64,000 nt of DNA from Selaginella moellendorffii (Eukaryota > Plantae > Lycopodiophyta): contig NW_003314298.1 in NCBI RefSeq assembly GCF_000143415.4, positions 1,271,250-1,335,249 on the forward strand, in the 5' to 3' direction. Position 1 is the stretch's first letter, and every line of letters starts with the position of its first letter. This document shows, one piece after another, positions 1 through 12,994 of the stretch. Under the pieces are notes generated by a model that was not told the DNA's origin, did no database searches, and was given only the letters and a program-made list of their open reading frames with translations. A program made the translations under genes and the position numbers.

Positions 1-972
1 GCTGTGCGAGCACGTAAATCTCAAGTGGGCGGGACAAAACTGCGTGTGGAGAAGAATGTGGCCAAAGTTTGGAAGGATGTTCGAGCACGGGGAGATCGAG
101 ACGACGAACTTCGCCGAGAGAGTCTGGAGCTACATAAAGTACACTCTCCTGAGGGGCCGGAGCAAGTGCAATATCCTGGGACTACTAGCTGCGCTGGTTG
201 GATCATCCAGTGGTCGCCATGGCGAAGTTCTAGTGGAACACTACAAGCAAAAGCAAACAGCACGTAAGTTCTAGTCATTCCAGAACTTCTCTTTTGCATT
301 TCTCTTGAGTGATGTTTTTGTTTTTTCTTGACAGTCGACTCGGGAAAGCTTTGCTCTCAAGTCGGCACGAAGCCTCAAAAGAAACTCATCGGCGGCGACT
401 ACATACTGGAGCTCTACGAATCGGACGTGAGCATGGTGGAAGTGGACGACGAAGTCTCTCTCCAGTTCCGGATGCGCAGCGAGATCATCCCGGACACGAT
501 CCACTCGCTGGCGATGCAAAGCTCCTCGTGCGACTGCTACGAGCTAGCCCCGGTCTGCAAGCACGTCCAAGGCATGAGGCTCATCATCGAGAAGTACTTC
601 CCGCATCTGTGCGCGCTCGCGCCGCCGCTCGACAGCCCGGACGTGTTCTCTCTCCAGCACACAAGCGACGACACTCCTCTCGATCTCCACCACTTTGTTG
701 CGGCGGAGGATTCTATGGAGCTATGTGGAAATGATGGTAGCAACAGCAACAGTAACAACAACAACAACACCACCAGCGGCAGCGGTGGCAACCGCGAGCT
801 CTCGGCACTGTGCAGTGAAGTTAAAACCGAGCTTCGCAGGCTCCTGGCTATCGCGTCGGGCTTCAATGCCACCGAGAGAGCGCTGGTGCTATACAATGTG
901 AGAGCTCTCAAACAAAAGCTACAAGCATTCGACAGCCTGGATAGACCACCACCACCCAAAACGTTTCATTGA
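1..972 (+). CDS. 3' part of a MULE-transposase-like / SWIM zinc-finger protein (exon <1-263, intron 264-334, exon 335-972)
   Basis: W..W....R..H..ETTNFAERVWSYIKY resembles the Mutator transposase TNNxxE region. A GTAAGT...TTGACAG intron joins it in frame to ORF 328-972, which has a SWIM-like CDC...CKH motif. Confidence 0.6.
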
Positions 973-1131
973 TTCAGAACCCTTTGGGAGTTGTGTTGCT
1001 AGCCATCTCGAAGCCACTTGTACAATTACGGAAACATATGGTATGGCAGTATGCTTTATCGAACGAATAAATTATTACATAATTCTATTCTATTTAAGAA
1101 CAAGTGTACTCTTTAACTATGTGAATAAATT

Positions 1132-1998
1132 ATGTTCTTTACATTTTGTGTTTTCTTACTAATACAATCTAGTCTTCAAGCCTCAATTATATGGGGAAAT
1201 ACTAATAATTTAAATGAACAAGATATTAACAATATAATGAATCAAGGGTTTTATGAGCTTACTACAAGGTTAATTGGCAATGAATTATATCCACCTGATT
1301 TTGTAGATTTTAAATTAGTAACTGTTTCTAGAGGTGCAGTTTGTGTGGCAATAAGGCGAATAAAAGGATCTGCTGGTAGATGTTCAAATTCAAATGATGA
1401 AGTGAAAGGGTCAAATATGAAACGTCAAATAAATCTTCTAATTGAAAATTACCATGAAAGGATGGTTATGGAAGGTGCAGATGCAGTACGAATAACTGGA
1501 TCTCTATATGAAATACAATATGCTGTAGTGGTATGGAATAAGAAATCCGAATTGTTATTTAAAAAGAGATTTATAAATGGTATTCTTTCAAGTGGAAATT
1601 GCCAAACATCATTGAGTACACTTGATAGTGGATTCCCAATTTATCAAGTACTTTACACGGACCATTTTTTAATATCACCAAATAAAAAAAACATTTTACT
1701 TTTGCAGTATAATTGTAATTTGGTTCTTTATTCAGGACTAAAAAAAATATGGGAAACATTAGTATTTAAACTTGATGGTTTCTGTAAATTAATACTTCAG
1801 AAAGATGGTAACTTAGTAATTTATACAAGAAAATGGGAAGTTTTATGGTCTATAGGAAAATATTGTAAAAATCCTAAATGTTTTATTTTTACATATATAA
1901 CTTTACAAAATGATTGTGATTTGGTCTCATACAAATTAAAAGCACCTAATGATGTTTGGTGGGCTTTAAGTACTGCAAATGATATTTTATGTACATGA
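1132..1998 (+). CDS. Secreted protein with C-terminal bulb-type (GNA/B-lectin) mannose-binding domain
   Basis: Hydrophobic N-terminal signal-like peptide; three QxDxNxVxY-like repeats (QYNCNLVLY, QKDGNLVIY, QNDCDLVSY); intronless and very AT-rich. Confidence 0.7.
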   Translation: MFFTFCVFLLIQSSLQASIIWGNTNNLNEQDINNIMNQGFYELTTRLIGNELYPPDFVDFKLVTVSRGAVCVAIRRIKGSAGRCSNSNDEVKGSNMKRQINLLIENYHERMVMEGADAVRITGSLYEIQYAVVVWNKKSELLFKKRFINGILSSGNCQTSLSTLDSGFPIYQVLYTDHFLISPNKKNILLLQYNCNLVLYSGLKKIWETLVFKLDGFCKLILQKDGNLVIYTRKWEVLWSIGKYCKNPKCFIFTYITLQNDCDLVSYKLKAPNDVWWALSTANDILCT

Positions 1999-3329
1999 TT
2001 TGTAATACTGAATAAAATTTATTAATTGTAATAAAATGATTATTATATAATTAATAATTAATAATTAAAATAGTAGTTAATATTTGATAAAATATTAAAA
2101 TATATAATATAATATATCATAATTTATAGATTAGACTTTACAAATAAATACTAATAACAAGATTAAACACATCAGCCTTACTGTCTTTTATTAAATCTTA
2201 TACCCAGGTAATCTGAGGCATTAGTCATAAAATTAACCACATCTATGTTTACTATTTGGCTTTTTGATCCTTAACTTTTTTTGAAAGGTAATTCTTTAGG
2301 ATATTCTTGAATAAACTTTGAAATTCTTTTGTAGTCAGGACAAAGACAATCACCCAGAGGATCTTCTGGAATAATCTTGGAATCAGAATCATCTGGACCC
2401 TTGTTCTTAGGTTTAGGGCTAATGTAAGAATATCTTAAATCTAAATTTGTTTATGAAATTCTAGCCACTAATCCTTAATTAGAGCTTTCTAGAGTCATAC
2501 AATCTTTCACTCTTTATAGTTGGTTAGCTTATCACACTTAGGCAGCCACTATGAATAGATGATTAGAGAAAGCACTCAATCACATCTTAAATGAAGTTAA
2601 ATTGAGTTGTGTTGCTACTACTTGTTACAATTAATTAAGTTCTTATTACACTAAAAATACAACTTTTGCATCATTTACTAACATACATGCCACCATAAAA
2701 CTATAAATTGCTATAAAATGACTAAATGACTGAGTAATGCAAGCACCACAAAAAGGATTTTGATCATTTAATAATATTTTAATATCAAACTCAATTATGT
2801 TTTTTATTTTTTATTCTTGATAATAAATCTATTCTTCAAGAATTTGGTAATGAAATTAAAAAAATAATATATTAAATAAATAATGATTGAAAGGTTTTAT
2901 GGCTATACTAAGAAATTAGAGGATAATGAATCACATCCATCAGATTATATAGATTTTTTGGTACCTATCTCTATAGGTGTAGTGTGTAGTAAATAAAGAG
3001 TCGGTCATTTTAAATAGTAAAGTAAAAGAGTCAAATTTAATTTGATATAAAATAAATTTTTTAATTAAAAATCGCTATGAAATGATATAGGTGCAATATA
3101 AAAAACTCGATATCAGTTTAATATAGAATATTTTGTATTATTTTAAATAAATAAATAAAACTTATTATTCAGAAAATTATTAATTAATAATATTTTTCTG
3201 GTAAACACTGTCAGTGTTAAATATTATTTACTGGAGTTCTAATTTATCAAGTACACCATAAATAATTTATAATATTACTAAATTAAAAAAATTTAATATA
3301 GTTTTATAATATCTGTAAATACATATATG

Positions 3330-4838
3330 TATATAAGAAATGAATTAATTATAATAGTATAGCACATGAAATGTCCATTTAGTATTGAATTTAGCTAGAT
3401 ATGGTTTTCAAATTCTAATTAATATCCCTATTTTTATATCCAAGCAGTCACATTAGTGAAAGTGAGATATATTGCAATTTGTCCATATAGATAAAGCTTT
3501 TTAGTAGTGTTCAGGATTATACTTTTGATTTTGCTTTATTATTTTTCTTTTCTTCTCTAGAGCTATTATAGCTTTTCACTAGATCTAGGATATTTATCTA
3601 TTTATTTTTCCTTTGATCTTCATTGCATTCTCTTCTTCCATTATGCCATGCCATTATCAATTAAGGAGTTTGTCATCCAAGGCTGTAGATGATGTATCAT
3701 TATAAAAAAAATACAAAAGTTGAGTTAAAAATGCATTATGTGGCACTAACCAAAATAAAAGTCTATTAAGTGTAACACGTTTAGACCAAAAGCTCCAACT
3801 TGAAAAGTTGAAAGCGAGAGTAAAACTCCTAAAGAAGTACTTGATAAATGAATATGAAGTGATCAAGGAATGGCCATAAAATAATTTATAAACAGCTTTT
3901 TAGAAAGGGACAAAAGAATCACTAACATATGATAAATGTTGGGACATATAGAATTCTCGAGACAAAAATCCTAAAACCTAAGGACTTGAAATAGAACAAT
4001 TTTACAACCACCTCACCTTACTAGTTGAATATATTTAGGGCTAGACATATCTAGGGATGGGGTGAAAGCCCAAAGCTCATCTTCCAAACCATGGTGGATT
4101 TAGTAAATCTTTGCGGAATAGTCAAAGAAGGAAGACCAAGGAAGATTATACCCATATGGTGGGTAATGATATTAATATTGAGGAGTTCAAAACTATAGTG
4201 AATATAAATGGATAAATGAGGTGATTTAATAAAGTGTTCAAGAGCCAGCTCTAGCTCTTTTGAAAAATTGAATAGTTGATACTCTCAATCCAAGTGTAGG
4301 TGGTATTATCTATTTAGATTTTTTGTATGCCTCATTAAAACTTTACTCTACCCATGTCCAGAAGCTAGGGAGAGTACCCACAAAGCTCACATTGATTACA
4401 ATGTTTTGAAATGTCATTCCAAAGTTCTTGATTGTGGAAAGGCAAATGTGTACTCTTCCTTTTTAGTAACAAAGTATGCTTATATGGTGAGGAAGTCTTA
4501 AAGGTTAATGGAATTTAGTGGACAAACTTTTGGGCCTTAACTCAAAAGTAGTGTTGCAAGTACTATTGTGATCAAAGAATCACTTGGTGGGGATTGAAAA
4601 AGAGATATTGGGGGATTGTAAAACATTTGATTGTGAATATTGAAAATTATTTATTAATGAGTCTTTATTACCACAATGACAAAAGATTGATATTGTTGGA
4701 CCCTTTATCAATCATTTTTGAGCTAGTAGAGTTAATAGGGCATTTGAGTGTACGTAGACTAGATAAGCATAAAGATGGAATTTTTAAATGTTATTAGCTA
4801 AATATATTTAGCTTGGTAAGAAGTTCCTATCTCGTTGT
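3330..4838 (+). mobile_element. Highly decayed LTR-retrotransposon remnants (family E leader/gag start; family D LTR fragment from about 4640)
   Basis: 3500-3700 resembles 16100-16330 in reverse; 4640-4838 and 5440-5539 resemble the family D LTR at 53676 onward. Boundaries approximate. Confidence 0.45.
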
Positions 4839-5434
4839 TGTAAGCAACCAAAGGGAACGACTCGAGAGACGGTCCATAGGGGTTCAAATATAGAGGGAAA
4901 GGGCCCATGAATAAGAGTGCACCCCCTTTTCCAATCGGTTAAGGGTCTTGGGATAGTTGGAGTTAAGCGTCCTTGGGTTTGAATAGTACTGGGCTGGGTG
5001 ACCTCCCAGGAAGTCCAAACTTAAGAGCTTACATTTGGTATCAGAGCGGTCTCGGGTCCGACTCTGTTGGTTGGCTAAAGGAATCACACCACATGTTGAT
5101 TGACATCTGGCTGGTCCAGTTTGTTCCCACTGGGCTCGACCCGAGGGGTAGGGTGTCAAGAGAGCGAGGCTCTCGGGAGAGTTGCGGCTCTCAGCTTCTG
5201 TTCACGAGGGCGTGAACTTGCAGGGAAGCATGGTGGATTGTAAGCAACCAAAGGGAACGACTCGAGAGACGATCCGTTAGGGTTCAAATATAAAGGAAAA
5301 GGGCCCATGAACAAGAGTGCACCCCCTTTTCCAATCGGTTAAGGGTCTTGGGATAGTTGGAGTTAAGCGTCCTTGGGTTTGAATAGTACTGGGCTGGGTG
5401 ACCTCTCGGGAAGTCCAAATTCAGGGAGCTTACA
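4839..5434 (+). mobile_element. Complete Cassandra TRIM (LTRs 4839-5033 and 5239-5434)
   Basis: TGTAAG...CTTACA LTRs of about 195 bp; PBS TGGTATCAGAGC (tRNA-iMet) at 5036; about 200 bp non-coding interior; TSD GTTGT on both sides; 5S rRNA-like segment in each LTR. Confidence 0.92.
4961..5016 (+). promoter_or_regulatory. 5S rRNA-derived internal Pol III promoter (A-box/IE/C-box) inside the Cassandra LTR
   Basis: AGTTAAGCGTCCTTGGG..TAGTACTGGGCTGGGTGACCTCCCAGGAAGTCC closely matches plant 5S AGTTAAGCGTGCTTGGG..TAGTACTAGGATGGGTGACCTCCTGGGAAGTCC. Confidence 0.88.
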
Positions 5435-5539
5435 GTTGTGTCTTACATTGGCTAGTGACAAAAACCTTTGTGTATTGAGCACTAGTTCCTCAATATCATA
5501 ACTTACCATGTTCACCAAACACCTTCACTATCATGCCTT

Positions 5540-5733
5540 TGTAAGCAACCAAAAAGAAGACTTAAGAGACAATCCATAGGGGTTCAAATATAGAGGGAAA
5601 AGGCTCATGAACAAGAGTGCACCCCTTTTTTCAATTAGTTAAAGGTCTTGGGATATTTGGGGTTAAGTGTCCTTGGGTTTAAATAGTACTGGGCTGAGTG
5701 ACCTCCCGAGAAGTCCAAACAAAAGAGCTTACA
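5540..5733 (+). mobile_element. Cassandra solo LTR (diverged, no clear TSD)
   Basis: Full-length match to the LTR at 4839-5033. Confidence 0.85.
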
Positions 5734-5797
5734 ACCCCTCACTATTACAGGGGGTGTAAGGAGTTTCAAATGTATAGTAGTGATAATGGGTAGGTTA

Positions 5798-8180
5798 TAT
5801 AAACGATTAATTTTTCCATTCTACTTTAGTCACTTAACCACACCCTTGACCATTTGGAGGAGTCTCATTCACAACCTCCTGAAGTCCAATTCAGGACTTG
5901 GGACTTGCTAGCCCCGAGGATGGCATCTATGCCACTCATCATTTGCACTTGGTCCAAGTGCTCCACGTGTTCGATCCCATGACCGACACTCAAAGGTACC
6001 ACCGACATGGCAGCTTGTCATGCTAAGGCCATACCCAATCACCTTTGCTACACTGGTAGTCCAATACCACATGCATCCCAGTCTTGGCTCTCCAAGACTA
6101 GGCAAACCATCCGTGAGTGGTCATCTCAGATCCACTCCTTAGCATCCTTAGGATGCCCACCGACAAGGGGAATAGCCTTCCCCAATATCCCTCTATCAGT
6201 CTCCACTAAGTCCCTTTCTGCCCCTGGCCGTGTTTGCCAACACTGCCACTAGATCGAGGCCCACAGGCCCAACCACTAAGTCCCACGGTCCTCTAGGACT
6301 TCCTCACCATACAACTGTGTCCTTGGTCACTACCCCAGAGGACTGCTCCTCTTCCTTTCCATAGTTTGGGCCTTTGGGGACAACATTTCGGAACACCGTG
6401 CCCTTACGCGAGCCACCTGGGTACTCTCCTTGCCTTCCGCCCTTGGGTGCTCTAGCCATGGGCTTAGAGCGAGGTTCTGTTGAGCCACGCCTGGTATCCA
6501 AGTAGGTAGTGCCACCCACACTTGGACTAGGAGCATCGGCCAGTCGATCTCCCGGGGGAACTAGAGCCGGCTCTTGAACACTTCACCAAGCTACTCTGCT
6601 TGTCGGTCCGTATTCACTCTAGTTTTGGACTTCCCAGTGGTCAGTTCATCACCCAACACTGGGTCTGGCCTTCCTGGGCCAAACTAGCCTTTCCTGGCCA
6701 AACTGGCTCCACTGTAGTCCTCCCCCTTACTATACTTTTGGAGCTCACCAAACCCCCCAGGGTTTGGGAGACGAACGCTTTGGGCTTTCACCCTCTCAGA
6801 CTCGGACTCGGACTCGGACTCGGACTCAAACTCGGACTTGGGCTCGGGCTCGGTCTCGGCCTCCGCCTCGGTCTCGGTCTCGGTCCCCGTCTTGGTCTCG
6901 GTCTCGGTCTTGGTCCCCGTCTTGGTCTCGGTCTCGGTCTTGGTCCCGGTCTCGGTCCCAGTCTCGGTCTCGACCTTGGACTCCATCTCGGATTCCATCT
7001 CAGGTCCATCTCGGACTCCATCTCGGTCCATCTCGGACTCTGTCTCGGACTCCATCTCGGACTCCATCTCGAACTCCACTTCGGACTCCATCTCGGACTC
7101 CATCTCGGACTCCACCTCGGACTCCACCTCAGACTCCATCTCGGACTCTGTCTCGGTCCATCTCGGACTCCATCTTGGACTCCACCTTGGACTCCATCTC
7201 GGACTCCAACTCGGGTCCACCTTGGACTCTATCTCAGACACTTCCATGTGTCATGAATTGGTCCTTTTGGGTCCCTTTTTGGAGTCTCACTTATTGCTCG
7301 CTTCGTGCTTGTTCCTCGAGCACTTTGTTGGGAGTTCCATTCCCGCTCTCGACCTTCCAAGTCGGAGCTTTTAGTCCAAACGTGTTATGCTCGTTTGGCT
7401 TTTGCTTCGGCCACTACCACGTGGCACCCTTTCCAGCTCCACTTTGGGGCCTAGGGATTTTGTGTCTCACAACTCTACCACCCATAGACGAAGTTCAATG
7501 TCCTCATCGAACGGTAAACCCTTTTATAAAGTAACACCCGCAGGTATCACCATTCCCATCCTTGGCACCCGGCCAATATTTGTCTATGGTTTGACCCCAA
7601 AGGCTCACCATGCCTTGTCCATCCTCTAAGGAGGATAGTCTCTCCAACTTAGAGACTGATTGGACCACTTGTGGTGGTTCTTTCCGTTTATTGATTTAGT
7701 TCTCGCTAAACTTGTTAGAGACATTGTCTCTATCTTAATCCCACTACTCCATCTTGAGTAGTCTTAATTTTCATCGATATAACCTTTGCACTTTGGAACG
7801 TTTACTTTTGACTTCTTGAAGTCAATTTTCCTAGGTGTCTCCGACACCTTGCATTGCACAAATTGTGCAAGTCCACTTCCCTATCCTAGGAAGTTCTTTA
7901 TTTGAGGGCACCATCATCCTTTTTTCTATTTTGTGCCACCCTTGGCACTACGTTCCAATTATCATCATTTGTGCTAGGGTTGTCCACGGCCCTATCCTTT
8001 GGCTACTTTGCCGCTCCTCATTTGGAGCTTTTACTTTGCCAAATTGGAGCACTTGGGAATTTATCCTTGGAAGTCCACTTCCTTTTCCGCAATCCGTTAG
8101 CATCAAACACATTTGTGTTCCTTGGCTAACTTTGCCATTTGGATTCCTTCCCATGATTCCTATGAGTTTTCATTTGGGCT
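5798..8180 (-). mobile_element. Family C chromovirus-related 3' LTR (5798-7471) plus PPT and decayed internal/gag fragment
   Basis: Shares the promoter block, CTCGGA array and PPT/hairpin (ACTCTACCACCCATAG..GTTCAATG..CATCGAAC) with element B; near-copy at 8431-10700. Confidence 0.75.
6797..7240. repeat. Hexamer/dodecamer tandem array (CTCGGA, CTCGGT, CTCGGACTCCAT) within the LTR
   Basis: Directly visible; explains the low-complexity ORFs in several frames. Confidence 0.95.
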
Positions 8181-8430
8181 CATGAGTGAGGCATATTAAC
8201 AACTTAAATTTACATTTTGAGTTGGTAGGATTAATATTGACCTATTATTGGTTACCATGAGTTATACCATAAATAAAAGTAAACCTCCTTTAGGTTTGTT
8301 ATAAGTGGCAAATAGATTGATCTGTAGCTGTTTAGTACAACACTAGTGGATCCTTCCTAGGCATAATTATAAGTGGATCAATCAAAACTATAAAAATTAG
8401 TTTGTTGATTTAAATAGTTATTGTTGTATT

Positions 8431-11400
8431 TGTAAGCAACTAAATTTTCCATTCTCCTTTAGTCACTTAACCACACTTTCAACCACTTAAAGGAGTCTCA
8501 CTAACAACCTTCATAAGTCTTATTCCCAACTTGGGGACTTGCTAACCCCATCTATGCCACTCAACCTTTGCACTTGGTCCAAGTGCTCTACATATCCAAT
8601 CCTAACACAGACACCCAAAGGTACTATTGACATATCAACCTATTATGCTAAAGCCATGTCCATTTACCTTTGTCTCATTGGTAGTCCAAGACCATCTATG
8701 CCACAGATCCATCTCCCAAAGACTAGGCCACTTGTCCATGAGTGATCATCCCCCAACCACACCTTGAGCACTCTTAGGATGCCTGGAGACATAGGGAACA
8801 CCCTTCCCTAATATCCCTCCATTGGTCCTCATCAAGTCCCACTCTATCCATGACAGTGCTTGCCAACACTATCATTAAGTCAGGGCTCGAAGGCTCGACC
8901 ATTAAGTCCCATTGACCTCTAGGATTTCCTCACCATGTGACCATGCCCTTAGTCACTATGCAATAGGATTACTTTTCCTTTTCATATTCTAGAACTTTGG
9001 GATGATATTTTGAAACATTGTGGCTCTATGCGAGCCTCGTGGGTACTCTCCCCACCTTCTGCCTTTGGGTGCTCTAGCCATAGGGCTAGAGTGAGGTTTT
9101 AATAAGCCACACTATGTATCTAAGTAGGTAGTGCCACCCACATTTGAATTGTGAGTGTTGACCATTTGATCTCTTAGGGGAGCTAGAGTCGGCTTTTGAA
9201 CACTTCACCAAGTTACCCCACTTGTTTGTCCATGTTCACTCTAGCTTTGGACTCCTTAGTAGTTATATCATCACCCACCACGTGAATATAGCCTTCCTTG
9301 GTCACACTAGCCTTTTCTAGCCAAATTGGCTCCATTAGAGTCCTCCCCCTACTATACTTTTGGAGCTCACCAAACCCCCTAGGGTTTGGGAGACGATCAC
9401 TTTGGGCTTTCACCCTTAGACTCGGATTTGGACTTAGACTTAGACTCGGACTCAAACTCAAACTTGGACTCGGTCTCAATCTCTTTCTCGGCCTCGACCT
9501 CAGACTTGATCTTAGGTCCATCTTAGACTCAATCTTGGACTCCATCTTGGGTCCATCTCGGACTCCATCTCGGGTCCATCTTAGGTCCATCTTGGATCCA
9601 TATCAGACTCTATCTTGGACTCCATCTCGGACTCCATCTCGAGATCATCTCAGGTCTATATCGGACTCCATTTTAAACTCCATCTCTGGTCCATATCAGA
9701 CTCCATCTTGGACTCCAACTCAAACTCCATCTCAGACTACATCTCAGATTCCTTCTTGGACTCTTTTTCAAACTCGTTCTATATGTCACGACACTTGCCA
9801 TGTGTCAGTCCTTATATCCCTTTTTAGAGACTCATTCACTGATTGCTTCGTGCTCATTCCTTGAGCATTTACTTTGGAGTTCCACTCTCATTTTCGACTT
9901 TCCAAGTCGGAACCTTTAATCCAAATATGTTACATTTGTTGGACTTCCACTTCAACCACTACCATGTGGCACCTTTTCTGCTCCATTTTGGGGATTAGGG
10001 ATTTGTGTCTTACAACTCCACCACCTACAGACAAAGTTTAATGTCCTCATCGAACTATAAACCATTTTATAAAGTAACCCCATCATAAATTACCATTTTC
10101 CTTAGCACCAAACCAATATTTATCAATAACCATACCTTTCCCATCCTCTAATAAGGAGCATAGTCTCTCCAATTTAAAGACTCATTAGACCATTTATAGT
10201 GGTTCTTTACCTTTGCTCGTTTAGCTCTTGCTAAACCCATTAATATCTCAATATTACTAGTTATTCTGGAGTAGTTTCAACCTCTACTAATATAACCATC
10301 ACCCTTTTGAACTTTGATATTGATATCTTGAGTTGGTGTGTCCAACACCTTGCATTGCACCAATTATGCAATCACCACTTCCCCATCCTAGAAAATTCTT
10401 TACTGAAGGGCACCATCATCCTCTCTTATTTCATGCCATCGTTGGCATTAAGTTCCACTTATCCATAATTTCTACTAAAGCTATCAATAGCTTTATCATT
10501 TGGCTACTTTGTCGCTTCATCTCTTAGAGCTTTCACCTTCACTAAATTAGAGCATTTGGGAATTCATTTTTGGAAACATATTTCCTTTCTCACAATTTGT
10601 TAGTATCCAATACTTGAGTGTTCCTTACTTAAATTTATTGTTTGGATTCTTTCCAATGATTTTTATGGCCCATTCTTGGCCGCTAGTCTTTTGCTCTTAT
10701 CCTTTAATTGTTGTACTAAGTAACATAGGATCATTACCTCCATCTTCGAAATATTCTTTCAATTCTATAGCAAACACTTTATTTTGCTAAATGTAAAAGG
10801 TGCTCATCTTTAGTAAGTCTCTTTTGCATTTTCTAATATAGGCTCTATCCGTGGCTCAATTTTGTAACCCTCCTATGGGTCTTTCCTAAATACTACTTTC
10901 TTAGACTCACCATATCATCACATTGTCACCACTCGTTTCCCTTAGGTGTTCTTCCCACTTGGTCATTTTGATTAAGTCAAACCATTACCAATAGTTCAAA
11001 TTAACACTTTGAACTACTATTATAAATAGTTCAAATCAACACTTTGAACTAAGAATCTTATTCTTTAGCTAAACAAGGAGTTTGTCCTTGTTTAGCCATA
11101 AGATCACTTAATGATCTTTCTTTAACACCTTAACAAGTTTGCCAATAAGTATTAGATTCTTCAAACCTTTAAGTTATTGACTATGACCCTAAGGGCATCC
11201 CCCCCACTTGGTGGTGTGCCCAAGCCAATCCTTCTGGCCAAGGGTCCATGACAATTGAGACTGGGTGTTCTTATCTCATTCACCACGTCTTTGGTGCCAC
11301 TTGCAAAGTTATTCAAGTTAGATATATCGAGCTTTCACACTAAACATTTTAATCGTGTATCATGACTCCAAGGCATCCCCCACTTGGTGGTGTGCCTAAG

Positions 11401-12994
11401 CTAGTCTCATTACTGAGAGTCCACAACCACCAAAAAATGAATGCCTTCATATTCCAAACAATCACCATGCCCTAGTGAGTTAGGATTCGAACCCAAGCAC
11501 TAGAGAGTTGGGACTCGAACATAACCTCTGTTTATGCATCTACAAGCAGCATCATTAAGGATGCCTAGTGTGACTTTCCATACCAATGCACCACTTATAC
11601 CCAAAGCACACTACGAATCACAACTTAAGAATGTAATTCCTCCAAATTGTTAAATCTTTTCACTTGACAAGTTTGTGATCATGCATAGACTCTTCCATGT
11701 TTGGCCCCATAGGCTACCCTTTTTGAAGTTAACACCTTCAATTAGAGTTTTTGTTCCCTTGACTTGCCAATCTTGCTTAACAAGTTATCTGACCAGTGTA
11801 ATATGGTTTTATGCATAAACATGAAAGTCTTTAACCACTGACTTTCATTTAAAGCCATCTCTTTGAACACTCAAGAATTAATTTCCTAATCTTAATAGCT
11901 TCGCATCATGGCAAGCTTTAAGACCACACTTTTGTTGTGCCACTCTTATTTCGTACATTCCTATGAACTATTTACACTTGTCTTTCTAGATATTAACCTA
12001 CTTAAAATTGTTTTTGGGAATCTTGAAGGGACCCTATTCCTTAGTTTGCCAAAGCTTTTCCTTTTGCAAACTTTCCAACTACCATAAGGTCTAATATGGG
12101 CAATTCCATACTTTAAATTTTTTATAGTTTCACGATTACCAATATTAACACTTTCGAGGATCCACTTGATTCTCCATTCCCAACTTGCATAACCACCCTT
12201 AGTTATACCCTTTGATTCCTATAGTTTGATTCTATCCTTTTATTATTTGCTTTTGGCTACACACACTCTTTAGTTATTCCCCTTTCGACTAGGAGGGTAG
12301 CTTTGCACTTTTTACCATGCCTTAACAAGTATTATTAAGGATGAACTTACTCAATGATTTAGGGAGTGGTTCTTCAATCTGGATATGCTCATTGTATAAT
12401 CCCACACTCTAGGATTAATGTTGTTACTCATGGGCCTCTTTATGCTTATTGCTAGCTATGCCAAAATCCTTTTTGGCTTTGTCCACTTTAGATAGATGGA
12501 CTTTTCCCATCTCTAATTTTCCGCCACTTTAGACATTGGATAACACATCTTATCCATTATTCTCTAGGGACTTAATCTTTAGGGCTTTATCTAATGCCCA
12601 AACACCACCTCCTCGGTGTTTTTACAATGTTTACATGTCCTAATGATGGATTTTTATTTTTTTTTGACAATGAGCATCATTGACTCATTATATTGCAATA
12701 TAAGCAATTTATCCCCCAAAGGATATATCTAACTCCCTTTTTGTCCCAATAAGAAGTTTTGGGAAGTTGACTTCCACTAATTCAATCAATTATGCCATAT
12801 CTTTTACTTAGTTGCCTCATAGTCGTCAAGTCTTACAACTCATTGTTAATGCTTCCACACCTCCATCAATATTTAAGTTCATGCACTCGAATTGCATGCC
12901 TTCCAATTTAGGTTATGCCAATCCCGTTTCCATTGGGATTCCTTTAACAAAAGGTTCTTATGAACCTGACTTTAAAGCTTCATCCCTTGAAACA
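8431..12994 (-). mobile_element. Second, more decayed family C element: LTR 8431-10014, then gag/pol remnants
   Basis: TGTAAG..CTTACA ends; colinear with 5798-8180; 11190-11540 resembles the 3' UTR of element B (22950-23140). Confidence 0.65.

Noticed and set aside
4961-5016. Bona fide 5S rRNA gene
   Set aside because: Only the internal 56 nt or so match 5S, and the segment is embedded in TRIM LTRs.
6797-7240. CRISPR-like or telomeric array
   Set aside because: No unique spacers, eukaryotic context, and the unit is not TTTAGGG.
6600-7534. Long low-complexity ORFs (LGLGLG, ESEMES, SRSRS) here and at 9213-9864, 22507-22821 and 27461-27775
   Set aside because: They are products of stop-free hexamer arrays inside LTRs and are open in most frames.
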